A stretch of DNA of 64,000 nt from the human T2T-CHM13v2.0 reference genome, Homo sapiens. The notes beneath the pieces were generated by a model. The model was not told where the DNA came from. It saw only the letters and a program-made list of their open reading frames with translations, and ran no database searches. Position 1 is the first letter of the stretch, and the number at the start of each line of letters is the position of its first letter. Below are positions 26,050 to 43,560 of the stretch, piece by piece. The stretch lies in NCBI RefSeq assembly GCF_009914755.1, contig NC_060929.1; one strand, given 5' to 3'. The position numbers were made by a program, and so were the translations under genes.

Positions 26050-27320
26050 TTAAAGCATTTTACATACAGTAAAATTTACTATTTTTTTGCATATAGTTCT
26101 AATGAGCTTTTGGCAAATACATGCAGTCACATAATCACCACCACAATCAAAATTCAGAACAGTTCCATCACCACAAGAAAGTACTACTTTTTTGCCCTTC
26201 TAGTCAACCCCACATCCACTCTCAGACTTGGAAACCACTGATCTATTTTCTATTCTTGTAATTTCGCCCTTTTGAGAATGTCATTTAAATGGAACCATAT
26301 AATATGTAGCCTTTTGAGTCTGTCTTCTTTCACTGAGTATACCATGTGAAATTTATCCACATTGTTTTACATATATATGTGTTTATGTATATGTGTGTGT
26401 GTGTGTCAGTATTTCTTTTCGTTTTATTGCTGAATAGTATTCTATGGTATAGATATATCACAGTTTGTTTATCCATTCAGCAGCTGAAGGATATTTGTGT
26501 TGTTTGCAGTATGGTGTGATTGTGAATAAAGCTTCCATAAACATGTACAAGGTTTTAGGTGACTATAAGTCATCATGTCACTTGGTGAATATCTAGGAGT
26601 ATGATTGCTGTGTTGTGTGATAAATGTATGTTTATTTTATAAGGAACTGCCAAACTATTTTCCAAAGTGACTGTAACATTTTACAATTCTTTCCAAGATG
26701 TATAGGGATTATAATTTGTCCACTTTCTTGCTAGCACTTGGTATGGTCAATCTTTTAAATTCTGGCCATTCATAGAGGTGTGTAATGTTATCTCACTGGA
26801 GTGTTAATTTGAATTTTCCTGATGATTAATGTTGTGGAACATCTTTTTGCTTGCTTATTTGCCATTGATATACATTTGATGATGTATGTGTCCAAACCTT
26901 TTGCCCATTTTTTATTGGGCTATTCTTCTTAGTATCAAATTTTGAGAATTCTTTGTGTGCTCTGGATACAAGTCCTTTGTTAGATATGTATTTTGCTAAT
27001 ATTTTATCCCAGGTTGTGGTTTATCTTTTCACTCTCTGAACAGTGTTTTTGTGAAGTAGAACTTTTGAATTTTGGATTAGATTTGAATGAAATCCAATTT
27101 TCACCTTTTCTTTGATAGATCATGGTTAAGGTGCTGTGTCTAAGAAATCTTTGCCTAATCTAAGGTTGTGGAGACTTTATCCTATGTTTTATCTTAGAAG
27201 TTTTATAGTTTTAATTTTAACATTTAGGTGGATAATACATTTTAACTCAATTTTTATAGGGGATGGGAAGGATGAGTTGAGGGTTTTTTGGCATATAGAT
27301 ATTCAGATATTATTTTTGTA
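26050..27320 (-). mobile_element. Old L1 (L1MD/L1ME-type) 3' fragment
   Basis: 'accaccacaatcaaaattcagaacagttccatcacc...ggaactgccaaactattttccaaagtg...ggatacaagtcctttgttagatatg'. Confidence 0.85.
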
Positions 27321-28549
27321 GTGCTAGTCACAATGTAAACAACGCAATGCTATTACAATGGATGCTGCTGCTGTGGCTGATATATCACTCATCAGTATCT
27401 TAGGGGGATTGATGGTTTCTACTACCATAGTTGTGATTATAATTATGATTATCCATCTGTTTGTCCATCATCTTTTCTCTCAACAAATGATGTCTACTGT
27501 GTAACAGTCACTGTACTAGGTGAAGAATTATCAATATTATTGACTATGTCCTGAAACATCCCAGGCTAATTAAGAAGGGTAATTACAGAGGGGCACAAAT
27601 TTATAATGATGATAATCCAGGTGCAATGTCTATTTGTCAGTCTGATGAGAAGTTAATTTTTTGGGTATGAGATGGGAGGAAACATGAAACCTGACAAAGT
27701 CAATTGTTTTAATTTCATAGCTCACTTCAGATCTCAGGGACAAAATAAGCAGGTTTTAATTAAGCCCAAACCATCTCCAGGGACTTTGAAAGTGTCTTGT
27801 AAACAGTCTTGCTAGTGGATCACATACCCAGAGACAGATAGAATTCCAAGAAGAAATTGTTTACCTTCTTGCTTTTTCTCTCTTCTTAGTAATGCATTGT
27901 CTTGTCTATTTGAATATCTATAAATAAAACTTCCCCGAAGATAATTTTAAAAATGTACTTGACATCTTCAGGCCCATATCACATCAATTTCTTTCCCATG
28001 TATGGAGTGGTAGAAAGCATATGGGAATGAATCTGTGGTCCATCTCTTCCAGCAGGGAAACTATATGGTATATGTTTTTATTTCTCTTTACCACAGGTCC
28101 CTTATCTCTAATACATATAGTGCCATCCTTTCAGGTTTTACTAACTTCCAGAGTTATCTTAATTGGATATTAAAGAAATTAAGACAATGACTCTTTTGCC
28201 AGAATATCATGTTGCTTTCCAAATATGGTAGGTGAGATACTTCCCATTGCATTAATTCCTGCACCAACAGCACTTATGCAGTGAGTAGTCTCTATATGCC
28301 AGGCACTCCACTAGTCTTCAGAGATACAATGGTGAGTTCAAAACAGACATAATCCTTGTCAATATGGAGCTTATTGGTTAGTAGGGGAGTGAGACTAAAG
28401 CTGATAATCACAAACATAAATGTACAATTACAAACTATATTAAGTTGTAGGAAGTTATATGCTGACTGAGTCTCTAGATCATCTGACATATACCCAATAT
28501 GTTTTATGAGTTGTCTCTTCTCTAAATAATTCTGTGGTTGGTTATAAAA

Positions 28550-28615
28550 TAAGTGTATGTTTATTTTATAAGGAACTGTCAAACTGTTTTCCAAAGTGAC
28601 TGTAACATTTTACAA
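28550..28615 (+). repeat. 66-bp dispersed direct copy of 26621-26686
   Basis: Manual ungapped alignment, 63/66 identical. Confidence 0.9.
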
Positions 28616-29851
28616 GTGGGAAGGGAAGGGTTATTTCTCAACTAAGAATGAAGAATATTATCATCTTGTCTCAAAAGATTTGGGAAATATAATAAAGTAG
28701 CTTCAGTCACCCGTCTTGGGTATACCATGAAAAGTCAATGTCATTTTGCTACCAAAAACACTAATTTAGTAACTTAGAGAGCAAAGGTAATTTCTGTTTT
28801 CATTTCTGTGTTAAGACTTAAAGAGCAGGAGTTTTTTAAAGATATGCTGTCTTTAGAATTGATTCTCAAGCACTAGAATCTCCTAATGACTCAGAATCAC
28901 CATCATGAGTAGTGATCTTTTGGTTTGTAGGATTCATTTGCTGGGAAGAACTATGTATCTCCACTCTGAATGTCCCTTGGCTGCAATTTCCTGAATTCTT
29001 ATATTCACTTTTGTATGTGTTTCTGTTTTTTCCCTTGCTGTCATCTTTCAACCTTCCTGTTCTCAGCGTATTTGCCTGTAATAGCTCCTCTACTCCTTTT
29101 GATTTTTTATTTCTAATCTGCTATGGTTTGGGAAATAATAAAACCATGTTCATTAGAATTGTTTGCGAAATAAGAACAGGCTCTGGGAGAAAACAGAAAT
29201 TCTTTCCCTTTTGCAAAGTGTATCAGCTTTATGCATGAAGGATTTTGTATGTTTGAATGTCTAATTTTAGGTAGTATTAGTAGTTTAGGTCATCAGAAAA
29301 GCATCTTTAAACAAATGAGGTGATTACTATAAACCAGAGAGTCTGGTAGCCAGTTAAAAACCTGTTACATTTGCATGATGCTTTTCACTTTTTACAGTGC
29401 TTTATTTTGCCTTTTAGCCTACTTCATCCTGTCTAAACCAGGGTGGGGAGAGATAAGATGCATATTATGAGGAAACTCAGACCTGGAGATGTGATTTCCC
29501 TCAAGCTGCTTGGCAAATTGTTGACATATTTATGGCCTGAATGCAGGACTCTTGACTCTTAGCCTGAAGATTTTAGGAGGACAGGAAAAAAGAATAGAAC
29601 TCAAGAAGCTGACATTTCACCTTAAGCCACGTAGGTGAACTAGCAATGGAAATCTCAGGTGTTTGCGGGGAGAAAACATAGCTTCATTTGGGCCAGATCT
29701 GAGTTTCTAGATGTGCTTGAATCACTCATAAATGCACAGTGATCTTTTGGTTCCTTCAATATTTTAAAGTCTTATTTTCTGTGTCAGAGCAAATTCATTA
29801 GTGACTGCCATATATGGAAGTTGGTGAAATGTCAGAAAGAGGATAGAAAAT

Positions 29852-30053
29852 TACAAAAAAAAAAAAAAGTGTTTCTTCATAGGTTATAATATTCAAATAT
29901 TGCAATTTTCTGTTATTAATTGCTACTTTTGGATATTAGATGTTCTATTCTTTGTGGCTTGTAATTCAGAGCATCTAAGCTATTTTATATTTTGTAATGA
30001 AATTTATTTATAAATATATTAAATCATTAAATCAGATAACCTAAAAAAAAAAA
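29852..30053 (+). mobile_element. Candidate L1-mediated retro-insertion (orphan 3' transduction or short retrocopy)
   Basis: A14, then about 174 bp AT-rich non-repeat sequence, ATTAAA twice (30018, 30026), then an A tail; flanked by agaaaat (29845-29851 / 30054-30060). Confidence 0.55.
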
Positions 30054-31029
30054 AGAAAATGTGAATGAAAGTGAGAGCTTCAAAATTAGTTTGCCATATC
30101 TGATAAAGAGAAATGCAGCATGTCATGGTTTTGACATTAATTTTTTCCTTTCATTTATTTTTTATTTGTTCAACGGAAATTTTTTTGGTGACAGATACTA
30201 CGCTCTGCTCTTAGGGTTTAAAGATCAACAAAGCATGGCACTCAAGTTGCTTACAAACTAGGAAGGAGGGCTGATAAAAATGTCCTCAAATTAGATTGTT
30301 GAGATTGTTCTACAACTGTAAACACATGAAGATTCATTAAATTGTATGCTTAAAATTGGTGAATTTTATGGTATGTAAATTACAACAAAATTGTTTAAAA
30401 AGCCAATTAAAAAGCACAGTGATGAGAGCCACAATACGGGTAAATTCAGTGCTATGGGAATTTGAACACTACACCCAGATTCAGAGAGACAGAGCCTCTA
30501 GAAGGCCTCCAGAAGAAGTGATATGTAATCAGAAACCTAAAGAATGCATAAGGGATACCGGGGAACAGAGTAGAGAAAGATTGAACTTGGCAACAAGAAG
30601 AACATGAGCAAACATCTGGAAGTGAGTGAGAACATGCCTGGTGTATATACTGTAAAAGGTAAATAGTTACAGAGCTGAGCATAGGAGGAAGAGTGACAAG
30701 AATTTAGTCTGGAGAGAGGTACAGTAGTTTAGCATTAGGACCTTACATATCATGAAGAGGAATTTGAAATTTATTTTAAAGGCCATTTGGAGCTATCAAA
30801 AATTTCAAGATATGAGAATGTCATGAATAAATTTGAACTTTGAAAGATCAGTCTGGCTGTAGTGAGGTCATTTGTTTAGGAAGAGAAAGCCCAGAAGGAG
30901 ACCAGCAGTGCAGCTGATTCTATAAACTCACGGAGTGGATGTGAACTATGGAGATGAATTGAAGAAGACGGTAAAATTAGCCTGCCAAATTAAATGTGGG
31001 AGGTAGGGAAGTTAAAGATATTGAGGATA

Positions 31030-31517
<488 letters not shown>

Positions 31518-31960
31518 TTAGGTTTTGTATTTGGGCAACTATGTAGTTGAATGTGCAATTTGCTGAGAGAATGAATGCTGGGTATAGGTTAAACTTGGAA
31601 AAAAGAAATCACAAATTCAGCTTTGGGCATTTTAAAATTTAGGTGCTTTCAGGGCATTTAAAGTATACTAAGCAATTAGATAAATAAGCCTGATGTTCAA
31701 AAGAGAGAGATCAAGGCTGGAGATACAGACTTTGGTGGTGAGCAGCACATGTGTGATGATCAGAGTTATGTGACTGAATAAGGTTTCTCTGAAAAAGAAG
31801 AGGATTTGAAGCAAGAAGAAAAGTGGGCAGCAGTGAACGAGATAGACAGAGGCCTTTTCCTCAAGGAACTTACATTCTAGTGGGCAGAGATTAAACATGT
31901 AAATAAATAAGAAAATGACATAATCTGGGTACCAGTAAGCACTTTAAAGAAGATAAAGTT

Positions 31961-32323
<363 letters not shown>

Positions 32324-33521
32324 TTAGGTTAAAACCCTAGTGGACATCAAAATTCAATGGAAGAGTGGAGGAAGAGGAGACTTAGAAGGAGATTTAGAAG
32401 AAATTGCTGGACGAGTGTGAGGACTATAAGGGATTATAATTATATGGAACTAAAACAAAAAAGCACCATTTCAAGGATGATTAAGTGTTCAGTGTTGTGG
32501 AGATATTAAGAACAGATCATAGAAATGGAATAAAACTTGGCCCTTGGATTTAATGACAAAGAGGCTATTGGTGTCCTTGGTAAGAGTAGTTTTAATGGAA
32601 TAATAGAACACTGTATGACAATGGGATGAAGAATGCACAAGAGAATGGGAGCTGAGAGAAAGAAGATAGCTAGTGTAGTCACATGTTTTAGAAACTTGGC
32701 TCTGAAGAAGAAGGGAAAAGTAAGATGTCAACTGATATGTGAAAATAGGATCTTTTCTTTGTTTTTTTTTTTTAAAAAAGATCAGATAGATTTTCGTATG
32801 CCTAAATACTGCAGGAATGGATCCAGGAGAGAAGCAAGGGTTGCTAATATGAGAAAGAGGAGTTAAAAGGTGCAGGAGACAAAGTAGTCCTAGGCTTCCA
32901 TCATCTTTATGGCAGGTTATGTGCTCTGAGTGAACATCAAGGGAGTGATGGAGTGGGTGATTAGTGAGGTCAAAAGAGGGTTGGAACATCTACTGTGTTA
33001 AATGTGAAAGAGCATTAAACAGGGAGCCACTGGAGAATTGCCAGGCAGCACTAGAGGTGATAGATTTGTAGTGATGCTAGATTGGATTTTTTTTTTCCAG
33101 TACACAAAGCTGCCCTGATGTAGAGAAAAGAAGTCTGAATGTTGAGTTAACTCAGGATTGAGGCTTTGGATGGGCAAAGGTAATTCAGAACCTTGACTGA
33201 AAATCAAGGATTAAATGAAGAATCAGCCTCACTTGGATGTATATGTAAGAAAATATAGGAAGAGACTGCCAGAGGGGATTCCAGGGCCAGATCTTTCAAT
33301 AAAGAAGAGGAATAAGATATACTGGGCAAAACAGTTATGAGAGGTAGAAGTACATGGCTCAAGAAGTAGAGATAGAAGTCACTGAAGTTCAGGAGGTAGA
33401 CACATGGAGAGGCCAGGGTGTTGAAATAAAGCCCAAGCTCTTACCCTTTCTAGCCGTGTTGTCTGAAGCAAGGCAGTCTATCAACAAATATTTCTCGATT
33501 GCCTATTTAGTGCCAGGTAAT

Positions 33522-33704
33522 GTGGACAATAGTGAGCAAGACAGACAGAGGCCTTGTCATCAAGAAGCTTACATTCTAGTGGGCAGAGATTAAACATGTA
33601 AACAAATGAATAAATGAGATAATCCAGGTACCAATAAGCACTTTAAAGAAGATAATGTCAGTAAAAAGGGGAGAGGCTACTTTAGCTAAGGTGGTCAGGG
33701 AAGG
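33522..33704 (+). repeat. 183-bp L2 segment duplicated at 31823-32314 (that copy is split by an Alu)
   Basis: Manual ungapped alignment after removing the Alu and one TSD copy, 161/183 identical, including a 35-bp perfect run. Confidence 0.9.
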
Positions 33705-34268
33705 CCTCTCTGAAGGGAGGATGCTGTTCAGCCTGAGCAATGGGAGGTGGTAGTCATGCAAAGAACTGTTGGGGAGAATACACCAAGCAGAAGCAAGTGC
33801 AAAAGATCTATCACAGGGGCAAGATTAGTGTGTTCAAGTGGCAGAAAGACCAGCACAGTTGAAATGTAGGGAATGAGAGGGAGAGTGTTGGATTTGATGT
33901 CAGAGATAGGTGGGTTGGATGATTTAGGACCTTCACTGGTCATTCAAGGATCTTAGGTTTTGTTCTGAGTGTGATGGGGAGCCACAGGCAGGTTCTAAGG
34001 AGGATGTGTCTACTGATCTATGCTGCAGTGTGAAGAGTTAACTACAGGGAGTTGGGAGTGGAGAGAGGAAGACCACTAAGGAAGTGGTTGCAATTTCTGA
34101 GGCAAGAGGCAATGGTGACTGGGGCTGGGCTGTTAGCAGAGGAGATGCTGAAACACGGTGAGATTCAGGATATATTTTGGAGGTATAACTGATAAAACTG
34201 CTAATGGGTGGGTGGGATTAGAGGAATAAGAATGGGTGGGATTAGAGTAATAAGAATAAGAGAAGACG

Positions 34269-35186
34269 CGGGGCGGGGGGGGAGGAGGAGCCAAGATGGC
34301 CGAATAGGAACAGCTCCAGTCTACAGCTCCCAGTGTGAGTGACGCAGAAGACGGGTGATTTCTGCATTTCCATCTGAGGTACCGGGTTCATCTCACTAGG
34401 GAGTGCCAGACAGTGGGCGCAGGCCAGTGGGTGCGCGCACCGTGCACGAGCTGAAGCAGGGCGAGGCATTGCCTCACCTGGGAAGTGCAAGGGGTCAGGG
34501 AGTTCCCTTTCCGAGTCAAAGAAAGGGGTGACGGACGCACCTGGAAAATCGGGTCACTCCCACCCGAATATTGCGCTTTTCAGACCGGCTTAAAAAACGG
34601 TGCACCACGAGACTATATCCCACACCTGGCTCAGAGGGTCCTACGCCCACGGAATCTCGCTGATTGCTAGCACAGCAGTCTGAGATCAAACTGCAAGGCG
34701 GCAGCGAGGCTGGGGGAGGGGCACCCGCCATTGCCCAGGCTTGCTTAGGTAAACAAAGCAGCCGGGAAGCTCAAACTGGGTGGAGCCCACCACAGCTCAA
34801 GGAGGCCTGCCTGCCTCTGTAGGCTCCACCTCTGGGGGCAGGGCACAGACAAACAAAAAGACAGCAGTAACCTCTGCAGACTTAAATGTCCCTGTCTGAC
34901 AGCTTTGAAGAGAGCAGTGGTTCTCCCAGCACGCAGCTGGAGATCTGAGAACGGGCAGACTGCCTCCTCAAGTGGGTCCCTGACCCCTGACCCCCGAGCA
35001 GCCTAACTGGGAGGCACCCCCCAGCAGGGGCACACTGACACCTCACACGGCAGGGTATTCCAACAGACCTCCAGCTGAGGGTCCTGTCTGTTAGAAGGAA
35101 AACTAACAAACAGAAAGGACATCCACACTGAAAACCCATCTGTACATCACCATCATCAAAGACCAAAAGTAGATAAAACCACAAAG
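34269..35186 (+). promoter_or_regulatory. L1 5' UTR: CpG-rich internal sense and antisense promoter; YY1 site at 34293-34301
   Basis: AAGATGGCC intact and many CpGs retained; promoter function is established for L1 5' UTRs but activity at this copy is untested. Confidence 0.8.
34516..34731 (-). CDS. ORF0: L1 antisense ORF0, intact, 71 aa
   Basis: MAGAPPPASLPPCSLISDCCASNQRDSVGVGPSEPG...RCVRHPFL matches primate L1 ORF0 in length and sequence as I recall it. Confidence 0.85.
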   Translation of the reverse strand: MAGAPPPASLPPCSLISDCCASNQRDSVGVGPSEPGVGYSLVVHRFLSRSEKRNIRVGVTRFSRCVRHPFL

Positions 35187-36204
35187 ATGGGGAAAAAACA
35201 GAACAGAAAAACTGGAAACTCTAAAATGCAGAGCGCCTCTCCTCCTCCAAAGGAATGCAGTTCCTCACCAGCAACGGAACAAAGCTGGATAGAGAGTGAT
35301 TTTGATGAGCTGAGAGAGGAAGGCTTCAGATGATCAAATTATTCTGAGCTACGGGAGGAAATTCAAACCAAAGGCAAAGAAGTTGAAAACTTTGAAAAAA
35401 AATTTAGAAGAATGTATAACTAGAATAACCAATACAGAGAAGTGCTTAAAGGAGCTCATGGAGCTGAAAACCAAGGCTCGAGAACTACGTGAAGAATGCA
35501 GAAGCCTCAGGAGCCGACGCAATCAACTGGAAGAAAGGGTATCAGCAATGGAAGATGAAATGAATGAAATGAAGCGAGAAGGGAAGTTTAGAGAAAAAAG
35601 AATAAAAAGAAATGAGCAAAGCCTCCAAGAAATATGGGACTATGTGAAAAGACCAAATCTACGTCTGATTGGTGTACCTGAAAGTGATGCGGAGAATGGA
35701 ACCAAGTTGGAAAACACTCTGCAGGATATTATCCAGGAGGACTTCCCCAATCTAGCAAGGCAGGCCAACGTTCAGATTCAGGAAATACAGAGAATGCCAC
35801 AAAGATACTCCTCGAGAAGAGCAACTCCAAGACACATAATTGTCAGATTCACCAAAGTTGAAATGAAGCAAAAAATGTTAAGGGCAGCCAGAGAGAAAGG
35901 TCAGGTTACCCTCAAAGGGAAGCCCATCAGACTAACAGCGGATTTCTTGGCAGAAACCCTATAAGCCAGAAGAGAGTGGGGGCCAATATTCAACATTCTT
36001 AAAGAAAAGAATTTTCAACCCAGAATTTCATATCCAGCCAAACTAAGCTTCATAAGTGAAGGAGAAATAAAATACTTTACAGACAAGCAAATGCTGAGAG
36101 ATTTTGTCACCACCAGGCCTGCCCTAAAAGAGCTCCTGAAGGAAGCACTAAACATGGAAAGGAACAACCACTACCAGCCGCTGCAAAATCATGCCAAAAT
36201 GTAA
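35187..36204 (+). pseudogene. ORF1: L1 ORF1p (RNA-binding chaperone), disrupted
   Basis: ATG 35187 (MGKKQNRK); TGA at codon 49 (35331-35333); +1 A in the run 35395-35402; TAA 35962-35964; span 1018 bp versus 1017 canonical. Confidence 0.95.
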
Positions 36205-36240
36205 AGACCATCGAGACTAGGAAGAAACTGCATCAACTAA

Positions 36241-40093
<3,853 letters not shown>

Positions 40094-41804
40094 ACAATGA
40101 GATCACATGGACACAGGAAGGGGAATATCACACTCTGGGGACTGTGGTGGGGAGGCGGGAGGGGGGAGGGATAGCATTGGGAGATATACCTAATGCTAGA
40201 TGACGAGTTAGTGGGTGCAGCGCACCAGCATGGCACATGTATACATATGTAACTAACCTGTACAATGTGCACATGTACCCTAAAACTTAAAGTATAATTA
40301 AAAAAAAAAAAAAAAAGAATAAGAGAAGACGAAAGGATCATTCCTGTTTTAGACCTGAGAAATGGGTAGATAGTGATATGGAGGGGGTAGGGTAAAAATC
40401 AAGAGTTCTATTTTAACAATGTTAGATTTGAGGTACCTACTACTTCTTCATGTACATGTAGTGCAGGTGGTTAGATATTTGTTTGGATTGCACAACAATT
40501 GTCAGAACTAGAGTTATAGGTTTGGGTGATTTGGAACCTCAGATATCATTTAAAACCATGGTGCTGATTGAGATCACATCAGGACAAAGAATAGGGAGAA
40601 ATAGGACGACTGAGGGTTGACTCCTGGAGCACTGCAACATTTAGAAACTTGGAAGACAAAGAAGATTCAGCAAAGGAGACTGAAGATTCAGGAAAGCAGC
40701 AAATGAGTCTGGAAGAAGATGAGGAGCATGTGGTATTCCAGAGGCCAAGGGAAGAAAGCCAATCAGAATGAACTATTCCCATTCCCTTGTTGGGCAGAGG
40801 GTCACAGGGATCCAGGCTGAGCAGAAAGTCAGGGAAAGGAGATTTGGGCCTTGCTACCTCTAATAGCGCTCTTTCTTTCATTCTCTGTTCTGTACTTCTG
40901 TGGACCTCACCTTTGAGGAAGAAGATCAACCTATTTTAAGGAAGTCCTGTATAGACATGAGCAAAAATCATTCAAAGTGGAAAGTAGTATGTCATTAAAG
41001 AGCTTCAGATAAAGAATCTTGAGGGTTTTTGTAATGTCTTCCTGACAGAAAAATACACACATTGATCACTCAAAAGCGGGACCTCAAACATATGGAAATA
41101 GGAAAAGCATCTTAGCCAGAGGGATTAGCATAAGCGAGGCCCAGAGGAAGAAACTGGCAGCCTGGATGTGAAGGATCCCAATCCATTCACTTTGGTTGGC
41201 TCACAAACTGTTTGCTTGATCAATTCTGTGCTCCACTCATGCGCAGAACTCACACAAGAGACATTCAGTGCAATGGTTCTTTACCACAGATAAAAATATA
41301 GATGAAGCCAGAAACTCAGAAGCTTAGCATTGGGTTGCTAGAATCCTCCACCAGCACTTTTCCCTCTCCAACCTTTAATCCAAGTTTGTTAAAATCCTTT
41401 AAACTGCCGTGGTCTCCCATGAGGAGGGGTAGCAACAAAAATTGTATTGAAACAGTAAATCCCCAGTGACCTAACTTAATCAAATGGACATATTTCATTA
41501 AACAAATGTCTCTGCCATCTGCTATACTCCAATTAGGAATGCATGAAGAACTTATTTCTCAATTATGTTGGAGAAGATTTCTGTGCTCAAAGGCCCTGGC
41601 AAACAGCCTTTCCTTCAGCAGTGCCCGATGGGGAGACCTGCCTCTAGCGTGTGGTGGCCCTCATGTTCTTTCCTGTCTTTCCTCTGAACTCTACCACTAA
41701 CTTTGTGTTATTACTACATTCCCTTTTGTGTCAGAACCACTGTGGTCCAGCACACCAAACAAACATTCTACATGCTGGTTTAAAATTATTGTATTGATTA
41801 TTTA

Positions 41805-42020
41805 ACAACTAATGTTTACTGAAATCTTTGGTATAGCCAGGAGCTGTGATAAGCATATTACATGGATTATTTAATCTAAACTTTACACCTTCTCTGCAAA
41901 GTAAGATCCCCACTCTATTTATGAGGAAACTGAGGCTCAATGATCTTAAATGACTTGTCCAAGGTCTCATAGGCTGAGTGTAAGCAGCCTGACACCAGAG
42001 TTCATTTATTATCCAGTGTG
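41805..42020 (-). mobile_element. MIR SINE
   Basis: 'atgaggaaactgaggctcaatgatcttaaatgacttgtccaaggtctca'. Confidence 0.8.
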
Positions 42021-42811
42021 CATTATAAGAAGTACCATACAGTAACAAGGTATGGTATGAGTATGATATGAGTGCCACCTGCCTCTAGGGACCTTTTATG
42101 TGGATGGAACAGGGGTTTAATCAGGTTGGGTAGAGACGAAGGAAGTGCTAAATATAGGTAGAAAATGGAAGAAATTACCCCTTGAATTCCAAGTCAAGAC
42201 ACTGCTATAGTGTGCTTGAATCAAAACATTGGTATAGTATACTTGCACCTTATATCCTATCACAGAAGTGTGACTGCAGAACAACTTGCCACATCTGTTT
42301 ACCCACCTCTGCCCTCCACTTCGAATCCTGTCTGTTATTTAACCAGTCAGCTGGGCTAGCCCTTAGCCCTCGTTCATCCCTCAGGGCTCCTGATGCTGCT
42401 GGAGAAAAATTACACAATGTTGTGATTTTCTAGTTCTACAAATTCATGGGCATCCATCTCAGCTACCTACGTACCACTGCCCAATGATCCTCCTGTCTGT
42501 CCTTAGTCCCTTGGTGTTCAGAATTTGTTTCTACCAGTCTTCATCATCATCTCCAAGCCTCCAACATCACCACCTTGTCTTCGCTGTGGGAAGGTGGCTT
42601 TGCCATCTGCTTCACATGGAAAATAAAGGTGACCCCTCCAGCTACCTGCACTTCCTATTAGCTTCTACCCTTGGCTCATTCTCTGTTATCTAGGTTAAAT
42701 CATGAGATTATTGATATTTACTTAGGACATTTTATAAGCTAGCTACTATGGAATGTCTACCTGCATTAGCTCATCCAAGCCTTAAAACCGACTCATGAGA
42801 GAGGAGCTACT

Positions 42812-43560
42812 TATTATTATTTATTTTTAATTGACAAAATCATATATACTTATGGTGTACAACATGATGTTTAAAAATATGTACACATAGTAGAATGGCT
42901 AAATCAAGCAACATGTACATTACCCCACATACTTTTTTGTGTGTGTGGTGAAACACTTAAAATCTACTCTCAGCAATTTTAAGTGACCGGTATGTTGTTA
43001 TTGTATAATAAATCTCTTGAATTTATTCCCCCTAATGGAAACTTTGTATTCTTTGATCAGTATCTCCCCCATTCAGTGGCCCCCTCTCTTCCTCCTGGAT
43101 CCTGGTAACCACTATTTTACTCTGTTTTTTTGAGCTTGACTTTTTAAGATTCCACGTATAAGCAAGATCATGCAGTACATGTCTTCCTGTGCCTGGCTTA
43201 TTTTACTTAACATTATGTTCTCCAGGTTTATTCATGCTGTCACAAATGATGGGATTTTTTCCTTTTTAAAGGCAGCATAGTATTCCATTGTGTATATGTA
43301 TCACATTTTCTTTAGTCATTTATCCATTGATGGATACTTAAGATTGATTCCATGTCTTGTTAACTGTGAATAGTGTTGCAACAAAAATGGGAGGGCAGAT
43401 ATCTCTTTGACTATTCATTTCATGTCCTTTGGGTATATACCCAGCAGTGGGATTGCTGGATCATACGGTAGTTCTATTTTTATTTTTTTGAGGAACGTCT
43501 ATTCTGTTTACCATAGTGGCTGTGCTAATTTACATTTTCACTATTAGTGTATAAGAGTTC
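42812..43560 (-). mobile_element. L1MA-type 3' fragment inserted in a MIR
   Basis: 'tatggtgtacaacatgatgttt...gaatggctaaatcaagc...gggtatatacccagcagtgggattgctggatcatacggtagttctattttt'. Confidence 0.92.

Noticed and set aside
40136-40171. G-quadruplex-like tract
   Set aside because: Standard feature of every L1PA 3' UTR, not locus-specific.
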